Source: Clostridia bacterium
GTDB lineage: Bacteria > Bacillota > Clostridia > UBA1212
DNA: 64,000 nt
NCBI GenBank assembly: GCA_017461545.1
Contig: JAFTXP010000014.1
Span: forward strand, 121,006-185,005
Direction: 5' to 3'
Shown: one piece after another, positions 27,434-36,094 of the stretch
Layout: each line of letters begins with the position of its first letter
How positions within the stretch are numbered: the stretch's first letter is position 1
Made by a program: the position numbers and the translations under genes
The notes under the pieces: model-generated
Told to the model about the DNA's origin: nothing
Seen by the model: the letters and a program-made list of their open reading frames with translations, nothing else
Database searches by the model: none

Positions 27434-28768
27434 TCAAGCTTTAACAGTAACAAACTGATCATTTACATCAACTACCGAACCGGCAATAGATGAATGTATG
27501 CATACGCCGAGTTTTCCCTCGTCTGTACAACCTATAACCTGGCCTTTTTCAACCTTATCGCCAACACTTACTTTTGCAACACACGGAGCTCCGATATGCT
27601 GTGAAAGTTTAATTTTAACCGTTGTCGGCTTAACCGCTGTCTCATCAAGCGGTGCAGGAAGATTGTACTGAGTAAGACCGAGGCGTGCAGTGAGACGTTT
27701 CATCGGCACACGGCGATAATCTCTCTTAGGTTCAACGGGAGCTGCATCAACTTTCGGAATTGAGACGCCGTTCTTTCTGAGATTTCCCTTTGCAACACCA
27801 ATCAATGTTTTAGGCGACAAGCCCTGGAAACATGAATACATTTCGCAAAGACCGCACTGTGAGCAGAAGAATGTATTTACAACCGCATCAACCTGTGAAG
27901 CCGCATTATTTGCAAGAGCATTCATGAATGCATGAGGCTCTATCGGATGTCCCAAAAGATTTCTCGGACACAGGTCAGTACACATTCTGCACTGACAGCA
28001 TGCAGATTTCGCTCTGTTTACATCAACCTTTACATTCTGCTTTCTCTTCTCCGCAACAAACGAATTTGAGGGAAGTATAAGCAAAGCATTTGTTGTCTTT
28101 GTGACAGTATCGAATATGTTAGCCTTAGGACCTGTCATAGGACCGCCGTTTATAATCACGTAATCATCAATAGTTGTGCCGCCGGCAAGAGCAATTACGT
28201 CATCAAAACGTGTTCCGAGAGGAACTTTTACGGTTATGGGGTTCTTGACCTCGCCCGCAACTGTTATATACTTTTCCGTAACAGGCTCTGAATTCTTAAT
28301 CGCATTATAAGCATTCAGCATTGTCTCAACATTGTAAACAATTACACCGACAGAGATCGGAATGCTTCCCGGAGGAACAACACGGCCTGTAGTTTCATAA
28401 ATCGTTATGACTTCATCGCCTGCAGGATAAATCTCCGGCAAAATACCTATTTCAATTTTTTTGAAAGAATCAAGATTAGCTTTAACCGCATCGATTGCGC
28501 CCTTATATGATCCTTTTACTGCAATAATTACTCGGTTAACTTCACAAGCATCAGCTACAATATCAAGTGCAGTCATTATTTCAAGTGCATACTTCTCTAA
28601 AACCTGTCTGTGAAGTTTCAGAAGAGGTTCACACTCTGCACAGTTAAGCACGATTGTATCAGCTGCTTTGTTAAGCTTTGCATACGAAGGGAATCCGGCA
28701 CCGCCGGCACCGACAACACCTGCTTCACGCAAAACCTTCGTAAGTTCTTCCATTTTCATAAAATACAC
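27434..28768 (-). CDS. pduS: PduS-like RnfC/NuoF-family flavoprotein with two 4Fe-4S motifs
   Basis: GAGGAGFPSYAKL plus CCQCRMCTDLCP and CSQCGLCEMYSC. About 440 aa. The track start is GTG. An ATG (MKMEEL) lies 3 codons in. Confidence 0.75.
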   Translation of the reverse strand: MYFMKMEELTKVLREAGVVGAGGAGFPSYAKLNKAADTIVLNCAECEPLLKLHRQVLEKYALEIMTALDIVADACEVNRVIIAVKGSYKGAIDAVKANLDSFKKIEIGILPEIYPAGDEVITIYETTGRVVPPGSIPISVGVIVYNVETMLNAYNAIKNSEPVTEKYITVAGEVKNPITVKVPLGTRFDDVIALAGGTTIDDYVIINGGPMTGPKANIFDTVTKTTNALLILPSNSFVAEKRKQNVKVDVNRAKSACCQCRMCTDLCPRNLLGHPIEPHAFMNALANNAASQVDAVVNTFFCSQCGLCEMYSCFQGLSPKTLIGVAKGNLRKNGVSIPKVDAAPVEPKRDYRRVPMKRLTARLGLTQYNLPAPLDETAVKPTTVKIKLSQHIGAPCVAKVSVGDKVEKGQVIGCTDEGKLGVCIHSSIAGSVVDVNDQFVTVKA

Positions 28769-28800
28769 CTACTCTTTGTCAAACTGTATATAAAATTTTA

Positions 28801-29064
28801 TTATAATCCAACTCCATCATCAACTATACCTACTATAGCTGCGTCAACCGGTGATGAATCAATACCGCAACCTATACGTGCAGCACTGCCTTGAGCGACA
28901 AGTACGATTTCCCCGATACCGGCGCCTACATTATCAACGGCAACTATTCTGTTCAGATTGCAGTCCATGCTTTTTAAAGGCTCTACAATCATAAATTTGC
29001 TTCCGATAAGGTTTTCATTTTTTCTTGTGGCAACAATACTGCCTACAACTTTTCCAATAATCAC
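28801..29064 (-). CDS. pduN: BMC vertex (pentamer) protein EutN/PduN/CcmL family
   Basis: 87 aa. MIIGKVVGSIVATRK... EutN/CcmL-like. GTG start with AGGGTGA RBS. Confidence 0.75.
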   Translation of the reverse strand: MIIGKVVGSIVATRKNENLIGSKFMIVEPLKSMDCNLNRIVAVDNVGAGIGEIVLVAQGSAARIGCGIDSSPVDAAIVGIVDDGVGL

Positions 29065-29156
29065 AATATCACCCTGTTGAAAATCTTATTAAACGAGTTG
29101 TCCCAAAGGGCTGTTATGATTTTATCATAACGGCCCGATTTAAAGACAACATAATA

Positions 29157-29792
29157 TTATTTTACAATTATACCGATATCTCCGGTCTTAATTTTTGAAG
29201 CATTGGCTTCGTCTGTATCAATGTGCATCTCGAGAGTAAATGTCTCATCAACACGGATTGTTACATTATTGAACATCGTACCGCGCTCATTGTTGAACTT
29301 AACAGATACAACATCCTTATCTTTTACGCCAGCAACTTCAGCGTCTCTCGGGCTCATATGTATATGACGCTCTGCAATAATACATCCTTCGTCAAGATAT
29401 ACAACACCTTTAGGACCGACTACTGCTATAGGAGCAGAACCGTTTAACTTTCCCGAAAGTCTGATAGGAGCTCTTACACCGAGTTTTACTGCATCAGTCT
29501 GAGAAATCTCAACCTGTGATTTACTTCTTACAGGACCGAGAACTCTGACATTTTCAATCGCACGGAGCTTAACGCCTACGATTGTAACAAGCTCATTTGA
29601 AGCGAACTGACCGCCCATAAGCTCTTTTTTCTTTGTAAGCTGATATCCCTTACCAAAGAGAGTTTCAACATGTTCCTGAGTCAAATGAATATGTCTTGCG
29701 GAAACACCTACCGGAACTGCAAAGCCGGTATCTTTTTCTTTTTCAAGAATACCCAAGACAATCTTCGTAATATCCTCAACAGATCTATCCAT
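29157..29792 (-). CDS. pduL: Phosphate propanoyl/acetyl-transferase PduL
   Basis: 211 aa with two PduL repeats (SARHIHL...GVRAP and AERHIHMSP). Confidence 0.8.
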   Translation of the reverse strand: MDRSVEDITKIVLGILEKEKDTGFAVPVGVSARHIHLTQEHVETLFGKGYQLTKKKELMGGQFASNELVTIVGVKLRAIENVRVLGPVRSKSQVEISQTDAVKLGVRAPIRLSGKLNGSAPIAVVGPKGVVYLDEGCIIAERHIHMSPRDAEVAGVKDKDVVSVKFNNERGTMFNNVTIRVDETFTLEMHIDTDEANASKIKTGDIGIIVK

Positions 29793-29854
29793 AATAAATC
29801 ACCTGCTAAATCGTTAATAACTAAACTAATCGTTCAGTGAAATAATGCAGTTTT

Positions 29855-29875
29855 ACCGCCGCCGCAGGCGGCGGT
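29855..29875 (-). promoter_or_regulatory. GC-rich 9-bp hairpin inside the BMC operon, between a shell gene and pduL
   Basis: accgccgcc-gca-ggcggcggt. On the coding (minus) strand no U-tract follows it, so it is not an obvious terminator. Confidence 0.4.
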
Positions 29876-29919
29876 TGCATTACTTTTTTAGATTTCACAT
29901 TCTTTGTGAAAAGAGAAAA

Positions 29920-30393
29920 TTACTTCAATGAAGGAAGAATTTTCTCAACATCTGTATGAGGTCTCGGGATTACGTGAACAGCAACGAGCTCACCGAGCTT
30001 TGAAGCAGCTGATGAACCAGCCTCTGTAGCTGACTTAACAGCGCCTACGTCGCCTCTAACCATAACACTTACCAAACCGGAACCGATTTTCTCTGTGCCG
30101 ACCAACTCAACGTTAGCTGCTTTGCACATAGCGTCTGCAGCTTCGATTGCTGCAACCAAACCTCTTGTTTCAACCATACCTAAAGCCTGCTGAACCATTT
30201 TCTTTTCCTCCTTAATAGTTGTAGATACTTTTTCAATAGCATCTGTTTTTACAGATTTTTTATCTGCAGCGGCAGCTATAGAAGCTGCTACTGTGTTAAT
30301 CTTTTTCGCTGCTTTTGTAGAAGCAGCTTTTGCACCACTTTTAGATGATGCAGTAGTTGTTTTTGGTTTTTTAGTCTCTGCCATCTCAATCAC
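29920..30393 (-). CDS. BMC-H shell protein (PduA/PduJ-like) with about 64-aa Lys/Ala/Thr-rich N-terminal extension
   Basis: The C-terminal 92 aa are a canonical BMC domain ([26 protein letters not shown]...). The upstream in-frame 190 nt show coding-like 3-periodicity (gct/gca/aaa). The start overlaps the upstream stop. A strong internal SD (GGAGG, 8 nt) precedes ATG at about 30198 (MVQQALG). Confidence 0.7.
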   Translation of the reverse strand: MIEMAETKKPKTTTASSKSGAKAASTKAAKKINTVAASIAAAADKKSVKTDAIEKVSTTIKEEKKMVQQALGMVETRGLVAAIEAADAMCKAANVELVGTEKIGSGLVSVMVRGDVGAVKSATEAGSSAASKLGELVAVHVIPRPHTDVEKILPSLK

Positions 30394-30677
30394 ACTTTCT
30401 TGAGTCTACTCGCGCTTATCTCAACGATACGCTTTGTTTCCTCATGGGGATTAGCAATAACCGCGTGCGAACACGGTTTAACTTTTCCTCTTTCTAATGC
30501 AGCCTCAACAGCTTGTGTTACTGCAGATACATTTCCGGTAACAATTACAGTTACCAATCTACCGCCTAACTTTCGTTCCCATGTAACGAACTCGACATCA
30601 GCTGTCTTGCACATAATATCAAGAGCATCAACCGCACCTGTAACACTAGAGACTTCAATAAATCCTAATGATTTCAT
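30390..30677 (-). CDS. Atypical BMC-H shell protein
   Basis: 95 aa from ATG ([28 protein letters not shown]...) with GAGGAG RBS. Has the BMC-domain pattern. C-terminal [10 protein letters not shown]. Confidence 0.6.
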   Translation of the reverse strand: MKSLGFIEVSSVTGAVDALDIMCKTADVEFVTWERKLGGRLVTVIVTGNVSAVTQAVEAALERGKVKPCSHAVIANPHEETKRIVEISASRLKKV

Positions 30678-30721
30678 TGTTGTACTCCTCTCAGTCAAAT
30701 AATAAAACTATGTAAGATTTA

Positions 30722-31000
30722 TTATTTTATTGAAGGGAGAATTTTCTCAACGTCTGTATGAGGTCTCGGAATTACATGAACAGCTACGAGCTCGCCGAGT
30801 TTTGTAGCAGCTGAAGCGCCTGCCTCTGTAGCAGCTTTAACAGCACCTACGTCGCCGCGAACCATAACACTTACCAAACCTGAACCGATTTTCTCAGTAC
30901 CGACGAGAACAACCTCTGCAGCTTTAACCATAGCATCTGCAGCTTCGATTGCTGCAACTAAACCTCTGGTCTCGATCATACCTAAAGCTTCCTGTGACAT
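30722..31000 (-). CDS. pduA: BMC-H shell protein PduA/PduJ-like
   Basis: 92 aa: [30 protein letters not shown]... GGAGG RBS 8 nt upstream. About 85% nt identity to the 3' part of 29920-30200. Confidence 0.85.
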   Translation of the reverse strand: MSQEALGMIETRGLVAAIEAADAMVKAAEVVLVGTEKIGSGLVSVMVRGDVGAVKAATEAGASAATKLGELVAVHVIPRPHTDVEKILPSIK

Positions 31001-31072
31001 AATAAATACCTCCAATTAAAAATCAATTAAATAAAAATAAAATATATAAATGATTATCAATAAAGCAAATGC

Positions 31073-31387
31073 TTACTTTTTATCCAAACCGCTCAGCTTG
31101 AGCATTTTTTCCGTTCCTGTCTCCGGATTTGCAATGACATGTGTCGAAATCACGGATGTCACGTTGTTTGCGGCATCCTTAGCAGCCTCTAAAGCAGCCT
31201 CGACTGCAGCAACGCTTCCACGGAATTTTACTAAAACGATAAGCGGTACAGGCAATGTATCAGCCTTTGCAGGTTTGTTTCTGTCAAAAACTTCCATTCT
31301 GACATCGGCAGCCTTACATCCGGCATCTCCGGCAACAAATGCTGCAACCAATCCATATACCTCAATAAATCCTACGGCTTCTGCCAT
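31073..31387 (-). CDS. Atypical BMC-H shell protein with internal insertion
   Basis: 104 aa. MAEAVGFIEVYGLVAAFVAGDAGCKAADV... with an inserted DRNKPAKADTLPVP segment and C-terminal HVIANPETG. GAGGAG RBS. Confidence 0.55.
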   Translation of the reverse strand: MAEAVGFIEVYGLVAAFVAGDAGCKAADVRMEVFDRNKPAKADTLPVPLIVLVKFRGSVAAVEAALEAAKDAANNVTSVISTHVIANPETGTEKMLKLSGLDKK

Positions 31388-31406
31388 GACAATCTCTCCT
31401 CAAAAA

Positions 31407-32627
31407 TTATTTGTTAATGATAGCAATCTTAAGACCTTCCTGCTTGAGGTTGGTTACATATGCTTCATTAATCTGTTCGAGCGGGAATTTATGTGTAATC
31501 AAATCCTTCATCGGAAGTCCGATAGCCTGTGCTCTCTTAAGGAAATCAAATGTTGTTACATAGTCTCTCAATGTGTAAACCCAAGAACCTACTGTTGTGA
31601 TTTCTTTTGAGCAGATATCAAAGTGCGGGTTGATTGTAGCATCTCCGCCGTTGATGAAGAATCCGAGTTCGCAAAGTCCGCCGCCGTTTCTGATGAACTT
31701 GTAGATATTTGCATGAGCTACAGGAGATCCTGTGCACTGGAATGCAAAGTCAGCGAGCGTACCGCCGCAAGCCTCTTCTACAGCTTTAGCAAGAGCTTCA
31801 ATACCCTTGTGCTCCATAAAGTTAACAGATTTGTTTGCACCCATCTTCTTAGCGAATTCGAGACGCTTTGCATTTCCGTCAACTGCTACGATGTTCTCAA
31901 TACCCATTGTTCTGAGAACTGAAATACAGATAAGACCGATAGGTCCGCATCCCTGTACAACAACTTTGCTGTTGAATTTGAGGATACCTGTTGTTTTAGC
32001 TCTTTCTACAGCATGGATAAGAACTGCGCAAGGTTCGATCAAAATTCTTGATTCGAGGTCAAGGTCGCTTACATTGAAGAATGTAGAACCGAGTTTTCCT
32101 CTGATAAGAATGTAGTCAGCGAACCAACCGTTAAGATGTACATCGTCATCCGGAAGAAGTCCGTAAACGTCTGCACCGCCTACATTCTGCTTATTAAGGT
32201 CGAACATTGTGATAGCCGGGTTATCTTTAAAAATCATACATGTAACAATCTTGTCACCGACTTTAACAGGCTTTCCTGCGCTGTCAACCTTAACGTTTTT
32301 ACCCATTTTAACGATCTCACCTGTTCCCTCATGTCCGAGAGCTACGGGAATAAGACCGAATGGGTCTCTCTTATATTCGTGAGCGTCAGTACCGCAGATA
32401 CCGCAGCCTTCTACCTTAACAAGCATATCGTCGTCACCGACTTCAGGCATGGGGAATTCTTTGATTTCGACTTTCTCAAGACCTGTGAGCATTGCAACCT
32501 TTGCTTTGGCCGGAATAGCACCGTTTGAAGCAGGAGCTGCAGAAGCTGTTGCAGCTGTTGCAGCAGGAGCGCCGTTCATAGATTCGAGAACTTTTCTGAC
32601 GATCTCTTCGATATTCATATCACTCAT
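31407..32627 (-). CDS. Zn-dependent alcohol dehydrogenase (MDR family) with N-terminal encapsulation-peptide-like helix
   Basis: GHEGTGEIV zinc site, GCGPIGL Rossmann motif. N-terminus MSDMNIEEIVRKVLESM followed by an Ala/Thr/Pro-rich linker. Confidence 0.75.
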   Translation of the reverse strand: MSDMNIEEIVRKVLESMNGAPAATAATASAAPASNGAIPAKAKVAMLTGLEKVEIKEFPMPEVGDDDMLVKVEGCGICGTDAHEYKRDPFGLIPVALGHEGTGEIVKMGKNVKVDSAGKPVKVGDKIVTCMIFKDNPAITMFDLNKQNVGGADVYGLLPDDDVHLNGWFADYILIRGKLGSTFFNVSDLDLESRILIEPCAVLIHAVERAKTTGILKFNSKVVVQGCGPIGLICISVLRTMGIENIVAVDGNAKRLEFAKKMGANKSVNFMEHKGIEALAKAVEEACGGTLADFAFQCTGSPVAHANIYKFIRNGGGLCELGFFINGGDATINPHFDICSKEITTVGSWVYTLRDYVTTFDFLKRAQAIGLPMKDLITHKFPLEQINEAYVTNLKQEGLKIAIINK

Positions 32628-32642
32628 TTTTTCACTCCTCTC

Positions 32643-34019
32643 TTATCTTACACACAAACTGTCAGCCATTATGCAATGTCTTCTCTTTGTGAATGTTGCC
32701 GCAGATGTAAGACCTTCGCCTGTTCTGCTGGCGATTGTAAATGTACAGTAACCTTCACCGCCGAATCCGAGTGCCGCATATGACGGAGCATTCTTTACGA
32801 AGATAGCTGTGTCAACTGCTTTACCGAATTTTGTAATATTGTCAACATTCTTTGAATGGATGTGTGCGGAATGTCTGTTTCCGTGTTCGAGCCATACAGC
32901 TTTTTCGATAGCGTCATCGATGTCTTTAGCTCTTACAACACCGAGAATAGGCATCATAAGCTCTTCTGCGATAAGAGGATGTTCCTTTTCGCCTTCAAAG
33001 ATGATACAACGAATGTTTGAAGGAACGTCTACACCGATCATAGCCATCAATGTCTTCGCGTCACGGCCGACACATTTTCTGTTCAATCCCTTGGGAGTAA
33101 GAACAGTGCCGATGAGTTTTTCTATCTCAGCAGGAGAAGCGACATAACAGCCGTTTTCTACCATGTGATACATGAGTTCATCAGCGATTGACTCAACAGC
33201 AACAACTTCTTTTTCTGCGATACAAGGGAGATTGTTATCGAATGTACATCCGTTAACAATATCTCTTGCAGCTTTCGGAATATCAGCTGTCTCATCAACG
33301 ATTACAGGCGGGTTGCCTGCACCGGCTCCGATACCTCTCTTACCTGAAGAAAGGACAGTAGTAACAACACCGGGACCTCCTGTTGCAACGATAAGCGGAA
33401 TCTTCTTATGTGCAAGCATAGTCTTTGAAGAATCCATTGTCGGCTTTGTTACGGAAGTTGCAATATTTGCGGGACCGCCTACTTCGAGTGAAGCACGGTT
33501 AACAAGCTCTATCGCAAGATGTGAAACCTTTACTGCTGCCGGGTGGGGATTGAATACAACGGTATTACCGCCTGCTATCATACCCATACTGTTACAAAGA
33601 ACAGTTTCACTCGGGTTTGTACACGGTGTTATAGCACCTATAACTCCAAAAGGTCCCATTTCAATAAGAGTAAGTCCTCTGTCGCCTGACCATACTCTTG
33701 TTGTTATATCTTCCGTACCGGGAGTTTTCTCAGCGAGCAATTTATGTTTCAAAATCTTATCGCCTACATTACCCATGCCGGTTTCTTCTACGCCCATTCT
33801 TGCAAGAAGTTCGGCGTTATCAATTGTAAGTTTTCTGATATTAGAGATTATTTTCTCTCTGAAATCCATCGGCATCTTCTGCATAACTTTTTGAGCTTCT
33901 GCAGCCGCAGCGATGGCATCATTCATGTCATCAAAAATACCGAGTTTTCTATCAGAGTTTGAAAGTTCCATTGAAGCCATTACTTTTTTAACAATTTCCT
34001 GAATATCTTGTTCATTCAT
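32643..34019 (-). CDS. pduP: CoA-acylating aldehyde dehydrogenase (PduP/EutE-type) with N-terminal encapsulation peptide
   Basis: 458 aa ALDH fold with catalytic Cys region. N-terminal MNEQDIQEIVKKVMASMEL amphipathic helix. Confidence 0.85.
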   Translation of the reverse strand: MNEQDIQEIVKKVMASMELSNSDRKLGIFDDMNDAIAAAAEAQKVMQKMPMDFREKIISNIRKLTIDNAELLARMGVEETGMGNVGDKILKHKLLAEKTPGTEDITTRVWSGDRGLTLIEMGPFGVIGAITPCTNPSETVLCNSMGMIAGGNTVVFNPHPAAVKVSHLAIELVNRASLEVGGPANIATSVTKPTMDSSKTMLAHKKIPLIVATGGPGVVTTVLSSGKRGIGAGAGNPPVIVDETADIPKAARDIVNGCTFDNNLPCIAEKEVVAVESIADELMYHMVENGCYVASPAEIEKLIGTVLTPKGLNRKCVGRDAKTLMAMIGVDVPSNIRCIIFEGEKEHPLIAEELMMPILGVVRAKDIDDAIEKAVWLEHGNRHSAHIHSKNVDNITKFGKAVDTAIFVKNAPSYAALGFGGEGYCTFTIASRTGEGLTSAATFTKRRHCIMADSLCVR

Positions 34020-34024
34020 GTTTT

Positions 34025-34537
34025 TCAGTTAGCCTCCTTTAATGTTAATTCCCGGAAGAAATTTCTTCCGTACTCTGCCAAAGATGTATCCTGTTCTTCG
34101 CTTCCGCCGCTCACTCCGAGTCCGCCGATAATCTTATCGCCTACCGCAAGAGGTTCGCCGCCTCCGAAAATTACGATTTTACCGTTGTTGGTAAACTGGA
34201 TACCGTACAACGAGCCTCCGGGCTGACTGAGCTTCTTTAATGCTATGGTCGACATTTTCAGTGCAACAACAGTATATGATTTCTGCAATGCTACATCGTA
34301 ACTTGCAAGATATGAATCATCCATACATTCTATCGCAACGGGATTACCTCCCGCATCAGATACTGCAACAACTGCATTAACGCCTATCTCAGCAGCTCTA
34401 TGTTCTACGGCTTCAATAACCTTCCGGGCAAGAGCAAGATTCATTTTGGATGTGTCCAAGACACACTTTTTATTTTTATCGGATTTCATATCAGATACAA
34501 CTGACTTTACGATTTTTTCCAAATCAAGTTGATTCAT
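34025..34537 (-). CDS. DUF336 (GlcG/PduO-C-like) protein with N-terminal encapsulation-peptide-like helix
   Basis: 170 aa. N-terminus MNQLDLEKIVKSVVSDM parallels the ADH and AldDH peptides. GGAGG RBS. Confidence 0.6.
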   Translation of the reverse strand: MNQLDLEKIVKSVVSDMKSDKNKKCVLDTSKMNLALARKVIEAVEHRAAEIGVNAVVAVSDAGGNPVAIECMDDSYLASYDVALQKSYTVVALKMSTIALKKLSQPGGSLYGIQFTNNGKIVIFGGGEPLAVGDKIIGGLGVSGGSEEQDTSLAEYGRNFFRELTLKEAN

Positions 34538-34569
34538 GATTGAAACCTCCTTAACGTCTCACAATCGGA

Positions 34570-35373
34570 TTATTTACCGAGCTGAGCCATTACTTTCTTT
34601 GTGATTTCTGCTATGAGATCTGCATCGTTTCCGCAGTCTTTCTTAGATCCGCATCCACCCTTACATGAATGACAGCTGGGCTTGCCTTCTTTTGTATTCG
34701 GGCAGAGGTTTGCAGGATGCTTACCTGTCATGCCGAACTTTCTTCTGATCTCATAAAGTTCTTCAACCTGCTGAGGTGTGAATTCCTTAGGTCCGCCGAG
34801 AACTCTTGACTGATAAAGGAGCTGAGCATAGAACTCAGTAGATTCCATCTTGTAGTATGCATTGATCAACGAATCAGAGAATGTCAATGCACCGTGGTTT
34901 TCGAGAAGAACTGCATCAAAATACTGAACATACTCTGAAACAGCATCCGGAATTTCCTCTGTAGAAGGTCTGCCGTATTTAGCAATCGGAACACAACCGA
35001 GTGTGATAATTGCTTCAGGCATAATAGGCTGTGTAAGCGGAATACCTGCAATAGCAAATGATGTAGCATACATCGGATGTGCATGTACAACTGCGTTTAC
35101 ATCAGGTCTCTCCTTATACACACGCATGTGCATCTTAATCTCTGAAGACGGCTTAAATCCTGCATTAGCCTGGATTACTTTACCCTCTCCATCAACCTTA
35201 CAAATAAAATCAGGTGTCATGAAACCTTTACTTACACCTGTAGGTGTGCAAAGGAACTCATTAGGTCCGATTTTTACTGAAATGTTACCGTCATTTGCGG
35301 CAACCATGCCTCTGTCATAAATACGTTTGCCTATGTCGCAAATCTCTTTTTTAATCTCGTACTCTGACTTCAT
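34570..35373 (-). CDS. Class II aldolase (fuculose/rhamnulose-1-phosphate aldolase-like) with Cys-rich C-terminal extension
   Basis: Start ATG (MKSEYEIKKEICDIGKRIYDRGMVAANDGNISV) with AGGAGG RBS 8 nt upstream. The track ORF begins at an upstream TTG. C-terminus LCPNTKEGKPSCHSCKGGCGSKKDCGNDADLIAEITKKVMAQLGK. Confidence 0.75.
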   Translation of the reverse strand: MKSEYEIKKEICDIGKRIYDRGMVAANDGNISVKIGPNEFLCTPTGVSKGFMTPDFICKVDGEGKVIQANAGFKPSSEIKMHMRVYKERPDVNAVVHAHPMYATSFAIAGIPLTQPIMPEAIITLGCVPIAKYGRPSTEEIPDAVSEYVQYFDAVLLENHGALTFSDSLINAYYKMESTEFYAQLLYQSRVLGGPKEFTPQQVEELYEIRRKFGMTGKHPANLCPNTKEGKPSCHSCKGGCGSKKDCGNDADLIAEITKKVMAQLGK

Positions 35374-35455
35374 AAAACTCTTCCTCCTAAAAAATAATTT
35401 TTCGAACAACTTGTTCTTTTGTTGTTTCTTATTGTTTTTTGTTGGTTACGGTATC

Positions 35456-35484
35456 ATTGTACTCCATACAGCACAATGTGTCAA
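35456..35484 (-). promoter_or_regulatory. Sigma-A promoter for the aldolase...pduT transcription unit
   Basis: Minus-strand TTGACA-17 nt-TACAAT. About 75-nt leader to the aldolase ATG. Confidence 0.5.
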
Positions 35485-35532
35485 CAGAAAATGTTGGTTT
35501 GTGTTGTCTTTTTCAAAAACACCGCAATCTAT

Positions 35533-35562
35533 AAAAAAGCCCTCAATTAAGGGCATTTTTTA
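35533..35562. terminator. Bidirectional intrinsic terminator ending the GRE-activase-pduU-eutP unit
   Basis: gccctcaattaagggc hairpin flanked by A6/T6 runs. Confidence 0.6.
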
Positions 35563-35609
35563 ACTTTTAAAAGATAAACCAAAATAAAAAAACTGTCTTT
35601 TTGTGTTTT

Positions 35610-36086
35610 TTATTCTTTATTCTTTTGGTTTTCGTCAACTTCCCACGGCATTACATCTCCGTCTTCTCTCAGATACTCCAGAATATCGCTTATGCCCTCT
35701 CCTATGATCGAGTCAACATAAAATATCTTGCTGCATCCGCAATTCTCAAGCCAGAGCGTCGCAAGCTTCGCATCTGCATACCTGGAATTTATATGTGTAA
35801 CAATTCCGATAACCTCTCTGTTTACCATACATGTAACATTCGGAGGAAACAGGCAGTACGGTTCTTCGGCATTTACCACAATTCCAATGACATCAGCCTC
35901 ATACGAATATAAAGCCAACGCTCTTCCCAGAACATGATTTTCGGCGTATTCACCGGGCGTATCAATAATCACATCAAAGTTATTTATGTACTGTGTCTTG
36001 TGATATTGAATTTTTTCACCTTTGAGAGCCTGCGTAAGTGTTGTCTTTCCGCACTCGCTCCTTCCGGTAAGCATTATTTTTCTCAT
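35610..36086 (-). CDS. eutP: EutP/PduV-family small GTPase
   Basis: 158 aa. P-loop GRSECGKTTL. EutP/PduV-like length and context. Confidence 0.75.
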   Translation of the reverse strand: MRKIMLTGRSECGKTTLTQALKGEKIQYHKTQYINNFDVIIDTPGEYAENHVLGRALALYSYEADVIGIVVNAEEPYCLFPPNVTCMVNREVIGIVTHINSRYADAKLATLWLENCGCSKIFYVDSIIGEGISDILEYLREDGDVMPWEVDENQKNKE

Positions 36087-36094
36087 AGCCTGTA

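Larger units (their letters stand above)
29920..31000 (-). repeat. Diverged tandem duplication of a PduA-like BMC-H gene
   Basis: About 270-nt segments at about 29920-30200 and 30722-31000 align with roughly 85% identity (for example gagaattttctcaacrtctgtatgaggtctcgg...). Another shell gene separates them. Confidence 0.6.

Noticed and set aside
29855-29875. GC hairpin as the terminator of the shell-gene sub-operon
   Set aside because: The U-tract is on the wrong (plus) side relative to the minus-strand transcript. pduL downstream has no promoter of its own that I could see.
33172-33894. Long plus-strand ORFs in the track, for example 33172..33894 (240 aa), 8829..9419, 19890..20456, 25292..25801 and 31050..31610
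   Set aside because: All lie antisense inside well-supported minus-strand genes. They are low-complexity (Ser/Thr/Ala/Pro-rich or Ile/Phe-rich), lack an RBS and have no family signatures. They are shadow ORFs.
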